A stretch of DNA of 64,000 nucleotides, taken from assembly GCA_964411985.1 (NCBI GenBank), contig CAYPNF010000003.1, positions 3,155 to 67,154 of the forward strand, given 5' to 3'. A program made the position numbers and the translations under genes. Under the pieces are notes generated by a model. The model was given only the letters and a program-made list of their open reading frames with translations. It was not told where the DNA came from and ran no database searches. Source of the stretch: an uncultured Verrucomicrobiota bacterium (lineage in GTDB: Bacteria; Verrucomicrobiota; Verrucomicrobiia; Limisphaerales; J093). Shown piece by piece: positions 17,784-25,195 of this stretch (position 1 is its first letter; every line of letters begins with the position of its first letter).

Positions 17784-18224
17784 TTACGCCTGTGCCACAA
17801 GCACGCCTTCCTCAATCCCGGTATGGTTGGCCTGCGCCTGCTGCTGGAGCATTTGCGACCAGGCATCCCGCAAGACGGTCAATCGACCGATCGCTTCGCG
17901 AATCCCCGCTTCCTGCTTCAGGTTATTGCTCTGCTGAAGGCGCCAATCCAAATAATTGTAAAGCCTGCGCATGTTCGCCGCAAAATCCCCGCCATCACGC
18001 ATGTTCAACGAGCTGTTGAGTTCGTTGATGACCTCCTGGGCGCGGAGGACGTTGTTGTTGATGACTTGGTTGAACTCCGCCGGATCCTCATTGCCGAACC
18101 CCACCAGGGCTCGCTCCAGGAAGCGAATCGCTCCATCGTACATCATCAGCACCAGCTGGCCAGGAGATGCCGTCTGGGTGACGACCTGTCGGTAGGATTG
18201 CCAAGGATTGTTGCGGTAGCTCAT
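17784..18224 (-). CDS. fliS: flagellar export chaperone FliS
   Basis: YRQVVTQTASPGQLVLMMYDGAIRFLERA..NVLRAQEVINELNSSLNMRDGGDFAANMRRLYNYLDWRL is the FliS signature. Confidence 0.9.
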   Translation of the reverse strand: MSYRNNPWQSYRQVVTQTASPGQLVLMMYDGAIRFLERALVGFGNEDPAEFNQVINNNVLRAQEVINELNSSLNMRDGGDFAANMRRLYNYLDWRLQQSNNLKQEAGIREAIGRLTVLRDAWSQMLQQQAQANHTGIEEGVLVAQA

Positions 18225-18249
18225 ATCGGCAGTCTAATCGGGGTGGGTT

Positions 18250-18513
18250 TCAGCTTTCCTGAAGATGCATGGCAAGCAGGTTCGCAATCCGCTGGATTGC
18301 TTCAGGCGGCGGATAGTTCGTCCGCTCCACCAGCTCTTTGGCCTTCGAAACCGCCTCGACGCGGCTCTCCGGAACCTCTTGGTAGTCGGCATTCAACGCT
18401 TCCGTGCGGTCGAATGTGACATGCTCGCTCTCGGCTCGACTTTTTCGAACCACCGGCTGGCTCGTGTCGACCCGAGCCACAGCATTCGTTGTGTTCTTGG
18501 GGTCAACTTGCAT
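18250..18513 (-). CDS. flgM: anti-sigma-28 factor FlgM-like
   Basis: 87 aa. The C terminus (VTFDRTEALNADYQEVPESRVEAVSKAKELVERTNYPPPEAIQRIANLL) fits the FlgM pattern of a V.lS region, an R.ekV..lK..I..G.Y element and an iA..ll end. A strong sigma-28 promoter lies upstream. Confidence 0.65.
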   Translation of the reverse strand: MQVDPKNTTNAVARVDTSQPVVRKSRAESEHVTFDRTEALNADYQEVPESRVEAVSKAKELVERTNYPPPEAIQRIANLLAMHLQES

Positions 18514-18575
18514 TGTGCGTCCTTTCGATTTGTGGCAGGCAAATGTGAGGTGACCGTTTCATCATTACGCTAGAG

Positions 18576-18602
18576 GTATCGGCACAATCCGCAAAAACTT
18601 TA
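18576..18602 (-). promoter_or_regulatory. sigma-28 promoter TAAAGTTT-N11-GCCGATAC (flgM operon)
   Basis: The minus strand reads cTAAAGTTTttgcggattgtGCCGATACc, a near-perfect match to TAAAGTTT-N11-GCCGATAA. It lies about 63 nt upstream of the flgM ATG. Confidence 0.8.
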
Positions 18603-18612
18603 GGTTCTCCAG

Positions 18613-18634
18613 CTCAAAAACTGCATATTTTGAG
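18613..18634. promoter_or_regulatory. palindrome CTCAAAA-N8-TTTTGAG just upstream of the flgM -35
   Basis: Perfect 7-bp inverted repeat (18613-18619 / 18628-18634) inside the AT-rich island. It is a candidate operator. Confidence 0.3.
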
Positions 18635-18750
18635 ACATAATGACACATCATTAGGGACTAGATGACACACAATGAGCGTTGCACTGCTCTAAGAAAGAGA
18701 GAAAACCCTCACCATCAAAGACACAATACTTTAATTTGGAACACTTTACA

Positions 18751-18809
18751 TTGAATGGTTCGCTTATACTGCAGAATATTGTTTAGAAATATTCTGTGTT
18801 ACCATTCAA
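18751..18809. repeat. nested inverted repeat directly after the lipoprotein gene stop
   Basis: The outer arms are ttgaatggt (18751-18759) / accattcaa (18801-18809). The inner arms are cagaatatt (18772-18780) / aatattctg (18788-18796). No T tract follows on either strand. Confidence 0.5.
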
Positions 18810-18814
18810 CACTC

Positions 18815-19513
18815 TTACCGGGTAGGTAGGGTGCCCAGCAAGGCGGTCAGGGAGTACTGCCCAAAGCGTCGAGGAGAGGTCAGGATGGAGGTCGAATCGT
18901 TCATCGGGCTTTGGTTGCGCCCCTCCTGCTGTTGGAACCGGCGCGCTGCATTCGCCACCGCCGGCACTCCAGCATCGAAGTATTCGTCCACTGCCCAGAG
19001 AATCGGATCCTGGCTGCCGTCGATCAACTTCAACCTCCAACCGACAGCCATGGGAGGGTAGGCCCGGTACGAGGTGATCTGCGAAAAGACCATGGCGTCG
19101 CAGGCCAATTCCTCTTTGATGCGCGCCAGGAGCGAGGCCGGCAACTTCTCCTCCGCGGTCCACGCTGCCTTGCCACTCCATAGTTGCAGCTGGCTTCGGG
19201 AAACGGCCTGCAACTCAAACCGCTTGCCACGCGCCAACTCCGCCCAAAAGATCGGCTCCAATGCCTCTCTGCCTGCCTCCAGCTCGGAGTCCCCACTCGC
19301 TGCCGTCATCGGCAGGACGGCGACCCGGCGTAGTTCGGAAGGCAATGTCACCTGCCGCAGGTGCACGTTGCTGGGCTGGTAGCTTGGGCCGGATACGTGG
19401 TCGGGATCGGTGATCGCGGCGCACCCGGCAAGAAGGACGCCGAGAACGGTGAGGGTGCCATAACGGGAAAGGCCGAAACCAAGTCGGGCGGGTAGATGCT
19501 GGAATAGTTTCAT
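18815..19513 (-). CDS. lipoprotein of unknown function, last gene of the fliD operon
   Basis: MKLFQHLPARLGFGLSRYGTLTVLGVLLAGC carries a lipobox (LAGC). The track start at 19531 is TTG; ATG 19513 is preferred. It lies 37 nt downstream of the previous gene. Confidence 0.6.
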   Translation of the reverse strand: MKLFQHLPARLGFGLSRYGTLTVLGVLLAGCAAITDPDHVSGPSYQPSNVHLRQVTLPSELRRVAVLPMTAASGDSELEAGREALEPIFWAELARGKRFELQAVSRSQLQLWSGKAAWTAEEKLPASLLARIKEELACDAMVFSQITSYRAYPPMAVGWRLKLIDGSQDPILWAVDEYFDAGVPAVANAARRFQQQEGRNQSPMNDSTSILTSPRRFGQYSLTALLGTLPTR

Positions 19514-19550
19514 GGCAGACAGTGAATCCAATATCCAAGTCTACCACAGC

Positions 19551-20168
19551 CTAGGAGAGCTTGGCGAGAAAAGCGTCCAACTGCTTCAGCCAGGGGCTAA
19601 GACACTGGTCGAGCACATCGGACAGCTCAAAAGGATCCCGCTTGGCCAGGGCATGGCTCAACTGCTGCAGAACCTGGGTCAAGACCTCCAGGTGGGCGGC
19701 TAAGGCCACATCGTCAACCACGCCAGCGGTCGGACTGGTTCCTGGATCCTCCAGAACGCTGAGATTCATGATGGCATTGCGAAGCTCGGGAAGCAGTTCC
19801 CACCAGAGTCGTTCGATTGTCGCCCAGTCATTAATCAGCACCAACAATGCCAGACGCTCCACTCTGGGACGAAGGGGCGAGAGCCGGGCGCGCAACGTTC
19901 GATAATAGGTGGACTTCACCTCGGGCGAGAATTCCTGGGGAACTTCCCCATTCTGCGAGCTCTGCAGGACGCCTGCGGTACCGGAAGTGGAGGTGGCTCC
20001 CTCCACGGACAGCCCCACCAAGGTTCGCTGGTGCCGAAGGGCGACCCTTTGCAGGCAGGCCCTCACCGCGGCGAGGAGGTGTTGGTCTTCCGGTCCCAGT
20101 GCCACCGGAGCCCCATCCAAGGTAACCTGGATGTCGGGCTGAGATTTGCTGGTGTTTGATTCACTCAT
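19551..20168 (-). CDS. hypothetical protein in the fliD operon
   Basis: About 205 aa with a helical C-terminal half. It lies 44 nt downstream of the fliD stop on the same strand. I recognise no family. Confidence 0.5.
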   Translation of the reverse strand: MSESNTSKSQPDIQVTLDGAPVALGPEDQHLLAAVRACLQRVALRHQRTLVGLSVEGATSTSGTAGVLQSSQNGEVPQEFSPEVKSTYYRTLRARLSPLRPRVERLALLVLINDWATIERLWWELLPELRNAIMNLSVLEDPGTSPTAGVVDDVALAAHLEVLTQVLQQLSHALAKRDPFELSDVLDQCLSPWLKQLDAFLAKLS

Positions 20169-20215
20169 CACTTGCTGCGTGTGGGAAATCGCGTGGCTCC
20201 TCCAGCCTCTCCAAT

Positions 20216-21922
20216 CTAGCTGCCGAGGGCTCTCTGGAGGTAAGCCAGTTGCTGGTTGCTGTTCTGCTGTGCCTTTTCCATGGCGAGAAAACTGTCGATC
20301 ATTCGCTGGCGGCTGGAGAGTACCACCCGCTCCATGTCCGCGACCTGCGTGTCAATGTCCGTAGCCTGCTTGGTCAATGTGGACTGTTTGGTGATCAGTG
20401 TGCCGGTTTCACCGATCGTGCGGTCAAGATAGCCGCTGAGTTGGGTGGCGATGCCATAGGTCGCATCGGCAAAGAGATCACGAAGCCCAGTAAGATTGTT
20501 GTTCAGCGCATCGTCCAGCACATCCGTGTCCGAGACCGTCAGGCTGTTGTCGTATCCACTGCTCTTGATACCGATCTTCTCGAGGTGGTTCAGGGTGCCG
20601 GAAAGGCCAGTAACCATCGAATAGGCAGTTCGCCTCAGGGAATTGGCAATGTCATTGGCCTCTGTTTCGTTAGCCAGGATTCCAGCCGTGACTTTGCCGG
20701 AGGAGTCCGCACTGCTGGCGGTCTGGCTGTCGATCATCGACTGGGCCCGGTTGTACTCGGCGACAAAATCATTGATCGCCGTGCGGATCTTGCCGGTATC
20801 GCTCGCCACACTCACACTGGAGGAACCACCTTCCTTGATCGCCGTCACGGACAAGCCGCTCAAGCCGGAGGTGGCTTCTGTAATCGTGTTGCTCTGGCTA
20901 ACCTGCTCCGCTCCACCGTTGATCGTATAGAGCAGATTCTTGCCACGCTGGAGTGTCCCTGAGCTCAATCCTGTCCCTTCCAGAAACTTGCCGCTGACGT
21001 CCACCAAAGACATCCCCACATCGCCGGTCGTCTTGTTCGCCAGGACGAAACGGTTGTTCACCGTGTCGTAGGAAGCTTGAACGTTGGCTTTGGAGGAATT
21101 GATCCGGTCCAAGATGTTCTGCAGGCTGTCTTTGCTGGTATCGAAAGTGATGGAGACGCCGTTGATCTGGAACTCCCCGGCCGTGCTCCCCACGTCTGTA
21201 ATGGAACTGGCGAGATTGGCCGAATCGATCGAGCCTGTCAGGTGCACAGTGCCTAAGGTACCCGAACTGCTGATGGCCCCCGTGCCATTCGTGGCGAGCT
21301 TCGTCACTTGGAGGAAGTTACTGGTGTCATACGCCGACCCCAGGATGATCGTGCTCGTAGAGCTGAAAGTGATCTTGTCCTGCGCCGAGGAGTAATTGGC
21401 CGTCACCGCCCCCCCAGTGGCATCGCTGATTTTCTGAAAAACCTGACCGAGGGTATCGCCGCTGGCCACCGTCACTTGCTTCCCGTTTACGGTGAAGCTG
21501 CCTTCAGTGATGGACTTACTAAAGCCAGCACTGGAGAGCGAAAGCGCGGACACGTCGTCCGTGCCGTTGAGGGGGGCTGCGACGTTGCTGGCTCCCACCT
21601 GCGACGCTGCTGAGGCGAGCTGGGTAAAACGGAAGAGGTAGCTTCCCGTGGCCGCACCCGCGGAAACGGAGGCTGAGGCTGACGTAGCGTCACTCGTGCT
21701 CACGGATCGAGCTGAGTAGAGATCGTTCTCCATCAATGCTTTGACTCTGGTTTGGAGAGTCGAAAGCTGTGTCTTGATGCTGGTGTAGGCGTTGTTGCGC
21801 TGACGGAGCGTGCTCTGTTCTGTGCGCAACCGAGTCTGTGGCGCACGTTCCACATCAGCAAGTTGGTCGACCAGTGCTTTCCAGTCGAATCCAGAAGCGA
21901 GACCTGAGACACCAAGATCCAT
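20216..21922 (-). CDS. fliD: flagellar filament cap protein FliD (HAP2)
   Basis: The N terminus is GLASGFDWKALVDQLADVERAPQTRLRTEQSTL..YTSIKTQLSTLQ. The C terminus is RMIDSFLAMEKAQQNSNQQLAYLQ. Confidence 0.9.
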   Translation of the reverse strand: MDLGVSGLASGFDWKALVDQLADVERAPQTRLRTEQSTLRQRNNAYTSIKTQLSTLQTRVKALMENDLYSARSVSTSDATSASASVSAGAATGSYLFRFTQLASAASQVGASNVAAPLNGTDDVSALSLSSAGFSKSITEGSFTVNGKQVTVASGDTLGQVFQKISDATGGAVTANYSSAQDKITFSSTSTIILGSAYDTSNFLQVTKLATNGTGAISSSGTLGTVHLTGSIDSANLASSITDVGSTAGEFQINGVSITFDTSKDSLQNILDRINSSKANVQASYDTVNNRFVLANKTTGDVGMSLVDVSGKFLEGTGLSSGTLQRGKNLLYTINGGAEQVSQSNTITEATSGLSGLSVTAIKEGGSSSVSVASDTGKIRTAINDFVAEYNRAQSMIDSQTASSADSSGKVTAGILANETEANDIANSLRRTAYSMVTGLSGTLNHLEKIGIKSSGYDNSLTVSDTDVLDDALNNNLTGLRDLFADATYGIATQLSGYLDRTIGETGTLITKQSTLTKQATDIDTQVADMERVVLSSRQRMIDSFLAMEKAQQNSNQQLAYLQRALGS

Positions 21923-21935
21923 AATCGTTATCTAT

Positions 21936-21962
21936 TTATCGGCACGTTTCGCGTTTTCTGAA
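21936..21962 (-). promoter_or_regulatory. sigma-28-like promoter TTCAGAAA-N11-GCCGATAA (fliD)
   Basis: The -10 (GCCGATAA, 21943-21936) is perfect and the -35 is weaker. The -10 ends only 13 nt before the fliD ATG at 21922. Confidence 0.45.
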
Positions 21963-22092
21963 CCGCCAGTGCAGTCGCCGGGAGTCCTTTTCCAGTAAGT
22001 AGGCCGGGGTGACATAAGAACTCGGACTTGGACCTTACCTGCTTTGTAACCAGCGCCTTATGCAAGACTCTTACCACTGCGGATTCCACGCG

Positions 22093-22135
22093 GAAAAATG
22101 GAAGAAGCTCGGACGACGCACCCACGCCGTCCGAG
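22093..22135 (-). terminator. rho-independent terminator after flagellin-1
   Basis: On the minus strand, ctcggacg-N12-cgtccgag (an 8-bp stem) is followed by cttcttccatttttc. Confidence 0.7.
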
Positions 22136-22167
22136 TCGATTCACCAGCTAATCCGGTGTGGGCTCCC

Positions 22168-22992
22168 TTACGAGAGCAGACGCAACGCGGACTGCGGACT
22201 GGCGTTTGCCTGCGCCAACATCGCCGTGCCTGCCTGTACGAGGATGTTGTACCGGGCAAATTGTGTGCTCTCGTCGGCCACATCAACGTCCTTGATGCGG
22301 CTGTTGGAAGCGCTCAGGTTGTCCCTAAGGGTGCCCAATTGCTCACTCGTGAAGTTCAAGCGCTGACGGTTTGCACCGATCGTCGCTCGATCCTTGGCCA
22401 ACTGGTCGATCGCTGTCTTGACATAGCTAAGCGCCTGTGTCGCAGCTCCCGTATTCAGTGCGGTAGAACTCGAAAGGGCATTCCCATAACTGGTGCTCCC
22501 AGTGCGATTCACGAAGTCCACCCCGCTCATGCCGAAGGTGGTGCCTTCGCTGTCGATCGTGACCGCATAGGTCCCGGTCGAGGAACTGAAAAGGCTGACA
22601 CCATTGAAGTCCTTGGTACCAAGGTCTGTGATGTAGCTCTGCAGTTGGCTGAATTCCGCCTGGTAGAGGGATTTGTCGTTCGTGGACTTGGACGCATCCT
22701 GGGCGAGCACGGAGAGTTCGCTCATCCGATCCAGGGCTTTCCCCACTTTTGAGAGGAAACCGTCCTGGGTCTGGGTAAACGAAACCGCGTTCCCCACGTT
22801 CGTGTTTGCCGCTTCAATGCGCTTGATCTGCGCATCGAACCGCATTGAAACTGCCAAACCTGCAGCATCATCCTCTGGATTCACCAGCTTCGAACCTGAG
22901 GATAGTTTTGCGAGGGATTTGGCGAGGAGGTTGGACGACTCACCCAGCATGCGAGCGCTGCTTTGAGCCGACACGTTTGTATTGATAACCAT
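22168..22992 (-). CDS. fliC: flagellin (short, D0/D1 only), copy 1
   Basis: The N terminus is MVINTNVSAQSSARMLGESSNLLAKSLAKLSSGSKLVNPEDDAAGLAVS. The C terminus is NILVQAGTAMLAQANASPQSALRLLS. The start was moved to ATG 22992, matching the paralog. Confidence 0.95.
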   Translation of the reverse strand: MVINTNVSAQSSARMLGESSNLLAKSLAKLSSGSKLVNPEDDAAGLAVSMRFDAQIKRIEAANTNVGNAVSFTQTQDGFLSKVGKALDRMSELSVLAQDASKSTNDKSLYQAEFSQLQSYITDLGTKDFNGVSLFSSSTGTYAVTIDSEGTTFGMSGVDFVNRTGSTSYGNALSSSTALNTGAATQALSYVKTAIDQLAKDRATIGANRQRLNFTSEQLGTLRDNLSASNSRIKDVDVADESTQFARYNILVQAGTAMLAQANASPQSALRLLS

Positions 22993-23131
22993 AAGACTCC
23001 TTCCATGAGTCACCCCATTGCGGGGCTTTTGTTGCTTTCACGGCATTCCGTGCCGCTAGGTGAATCTTTTCACGGGCACTCACCGTTCTCCCGTTTGGCC
23101 TTGGGAGGGGGCCAACCCTTGTCTTGCGACA
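22993..23131 (-). promoter_or_regulatory. structured 5' leader of flagellin-1
   Basis: Leader of about 139 nt. It has a 5' GNRA hairpin (tgtc-gcaa-gaca), a gttggcc/ggccaa hairpin, a GGA-loop hairpin (cggca-cGGAa-tgccg; plus strand 23041-23055) and GGAaGGAg over the Shine-Dalgarno. Confidence 0.5.
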
Positions 23132-23137
23132 CTTATA

Positions 23138-23164
23138 GTATCGGCAGAATGTGCAAAAACTTGA
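23138..23164 (-). promoter_or_regulatory. sigma-28 promoter TCAAGTTT-N11-GCCGATAC (flagellin-1)
   Basis: The minus strand reads cTCAAGTTTttgcacattctGCCGATACt. Confidence 0.75.
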
Positions 23165-23216
23165 GGGAAGGAGATTTGAAGGAAGGCGATTTCAGGAGCC
23201 TGGGCCACCGCCCCGG

Positions 23217-23255
23217 CAAAAAGAGAACTCGGGCTGGTTGACTCCAGCCCGAGTT
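23217..23255 (-). terminator. rho-independent terminator after flagellin-2
   Basis: A perfect 12-bp stem (aactcgggctgg / ccagcccgagtt) with a 6-nt loop is followed on the minus strand by ctctttttg. Confidence 0.85.
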
Positions 23256-23292
23256 CCTGAGGAATCTGTTTGCTGAACGATCAGCAGAGTGT

Positions 23293-24132
23293 TTACGACA
23301 GCAGACGGAGAGCCGACTGCGGCAGAGTGTTGGCTTGGGCCAACATGGCGGTACCGGCCTGTACCAGGATGTTGTAGCGAGCGTACTGAGCACTCTCGTA
23401 GGCCACATCCACATCCACGATGCGGCTGTTGGCTTGTGCGAGGTTGTCGTTCAGAACACCCAGTTGTTCCGTGGTATAGTTCAGGCGTGAGATGTTTGCG
23501 CCCAGACTGGAGCGATCGTTGGCCAGCACGTCGATCGCCGCTTTCACATAGGCCAGCGCCTGAGTAGCGCCGCCCAGGGAGTCCACTTTCGTGGTGTTGG
23601 CGAGCACGTTCGCATAGCTGGTGCTAGTGCTCGTGCCACTCGAGTTGAACACGAAGCCCACCCCCAGCATCCCGAACGTCGTGCCATCCGCATCGATCGT
23701 CACTGCATAGCTCGGAGTCGTGCTGCTGAACAGGCTTACCCCGTTGAAATCCTTCGTTCCAAGATCAGAAACGTAATCCTGCAACTGTTTGAATTCCAAT
23801 TGGTATAGGCCTTTGTCACTCGCGGACTTCGATGCGTCCTGAGCGAGGATGGAGAGTTCACCCATCCGATCCAGGGCCTTCTTGACTTTGCTGAGGAATC
23901 CATCCTGAGTCTGGCTGAAGCTGATGGCGTTCGAAACATTCGTCTTCGCAGCCGAGTTCCGATTCATCTTCGCTTCCAGTCTCATCGAAACTGCCAATCC
24001 TGCCACATCATCTTCAGGGCTGGTGATCTTGTAGCCAGAAGACAGTCGAGCCAGGGACTTCGACAGCATCGAGGTGGAATCCGCAAGGAGCCTAGCTCCA
24101 GTTTGGGCCGAAACGTTAGTATTGATAACCAT
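23293..24132 (-). CDS. fliC: flagellin (short, D0/D1 only), copy 2
   Basis: The N terminus is MVINTNVSAQTGARLLADSTSMLSKSLARLSSGYKITSPEDDVAGLAVS. The C terminus is NILVQAGTAMLAQANTLPQSALRLLS. Confidence 0.95.
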   Translation of the reverse strand: MVINTNVSAQTGARLLADSTSMLSKSLARLSSGYKITSPEDDVAGLAVSMRLEAKMNRNSAAKTNVSNAISFSQTQDGFLSKVKKALDRMGELSILAQDASKSASDKGLYQLEFKQLQDYVSDLGTKDFNGVSLFSSTTPSYAVTIDADGTTFGMLGVGFVFNSSGTSTSTSYANVLANTTKVDSLGGATQALAYVKAAIDVLANDRSSLGANISRLNYTTEQLGVLNDNLAQANSRIVDVDVAYESAQYARYNILVQAGTAMLAQANTLPQSALRLLS

Positions 24133-24269
24133 AAGACTCTTTCCTTGAGTCCCCCCTTCGGGGGCTTAAATCGCAGCGTCCTTGCCGCGGTGATGAGCCA
24201 TTTCTTTGGGCGCTCACCATATTCCCTGTTGGCTACAGGCAGGCTGCCAACTCGCCATGTCTTTCGACA
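24133..24269 (-). promoter_or_regulatory. structured 5' leader of flagellin-2
   Basis: Leader of about 137 nt with the same element order as copy 1: tgtc-gaaa-gaca, gttggc/gccaac, a GGA-loop hairpin (cgcggc-aaGGAc-gctgcg; plus strand 24172-24189) and caaGGAaagag at the Shine-Dalgarno. Confidence 0.5.
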
Positions 24270-24275
24270 AGGTTG

Positions 24276-24302
24276 TTATCGGAACAATCTCCAACAACTT
24301 TA
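24276..24302 (-). promoter_or_regulatory. sigma-28 promoter TAAAGTTG-N11-TCCGATAA (flagellin-2)
   Basis: The minus strand reads cTAAAGTTGttggagattgtTCCGATAAc. Confidence 0.75.
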
Positions 24303-24338
24303 GGCCATATCGAATTTTCTGTGCGGTTTTGAGACATT

Positions 24339-24382
24339 CCGTGGCCAGCCCGCTCGCCACGGAGGCGGTATCCGTTTTTTTT
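24339..24382 (+). terminator. orphan plus-strand terminator-like element (hairpins plus T8)
   Basis: ccgtggc-N10-gccacgg (24339-24362) overlaps acgga-N7-tccgt (24359-24375). A run of eight T follows (24375-24382). No plus-strand gene lies upstream. Confidence 0.4.
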
Positions 24383-24403
24383 GAGACCGTGCAAAGGAGT
24401 TGC

Positions 24404-24430
24404 TAAAGAAAACAGGCGCCGTGCCGATAG
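24404..24430 (+). promoter_or_regulatory. sigma-28 promoter TAAAGAAA-N11-GCCGATAG (cheW)
   Basis: cTAAAGAAAacaggcgccgtGCCGATAGa lies about 160 nt upstream of the cheW ATG. Confidence 0.7.
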
Positions 24431-24588
24431 AATGGATAGTGGGAGACACCTGGCCTTCAGGCCGCTCCCAGGAAACGGATCTGGCAGGACGCCATGATGC
24501 GCGCAGGTAGTAAAGGATCTACACACCCACCTGCACGCCGAAGACCGCCCCCCAAGGATCCCCAAATCAAAAGCACTGATCTGATCAT

Positions 24589-25095
24589 ATGTCTTCAGCA
24601 GTTTGTGAAATCACCAGTCAAGCCGCCGCCCCTGGCAAATACCTCACTTTCGTCCTTGGTGGAGAATCCTACGGAATCCCAGTTCTGAAAGTCCGTGAAA
24701 TCATCCGCCATATCGAGGTCACCGCCGTCCCTCAAATGCCTGACTACGTGAAAGGCGTCACCAATCTGCGCGGGAAAATCATCCCGGTCGTGGACCTCCG
24801 CATCAAGTTCGGCCTTGCTAGCACTGAAACCACAGAACGTACGTGCATCGTCGTGGTCCAGGTCGGTTCCGCCGCCACCTCCAAAATCCAGATGGGACTG
24901 GTCGTGGACGCAGTCGAAGAAGTGGCAAACATCGCTGCGGGTGAAATTGAACCCACCCCTGACTTCGGCACCACCCTGAATACGGAGTATATCCTGGGCA
25001 TGGCCAAGGTGAAAGGCACCGTCAAGAGCCTCCTGGACATCGATCAGGTGGTAGGCGTTGGCGAAACCGAGGGCATCGCCCGCGCAGCGATCTGA
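24589..25095 (+). CDS. cheW: chemotaxis coupling protein CheW
   Basis: KYLTFVLGGESYGIPVLKVREIIRHIEVTAVPQMPDYVKGVTNLRGKIIPVVDLRIKFGL is the CheW signature. Confidence 0.9.
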   Translation: MSSAVCEITSQAAAPGKYLTFVLGGESYGIPVLKVREIIRHIEVTAVPQMPDYVKGVTNLRGKIIPVVDLRIKFGLASTETTERTCIVVVQVGSAATSKIQMGLVVDAVEEVANIAAGEIEPTPDFGTTLNTEYILGMAKVKGTVKSLLDIDQVVGVGETEGIARAAI

Positions 25096-25147
25096 AGCTC
25101 TGCCGGACTTTCACCTCCGACACAACCCCCTAACCCTTTCCTGACGC

Positions 25148-25171
25148 AGGGCCCTGTAAAGGGCCCTTTTT
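25148..25171 (+). terminator. rho-independent terminator after cheW
   Basis: a-gggccc-tgtaaa-gggccc-t forms the stem and is followed by ttttt. Confidence 0.7.
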
Positions 25172-25195
25172 GCGTGGGGATCTTACAAAAAGCCC

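Noticed and set aside
18224-18231. GCCGATAT box overlapping the fliS start codon
   Set aside because: No TAAA-like -35 lies at N15, and a transcript starting here would begin inside fliS. It is probably a chance match.
20156-20962. 268-aa plus-strand ORF
   Set aside because: It is antisense to fliD, whose N- and C-terminal FliD signatures are unambiguous.
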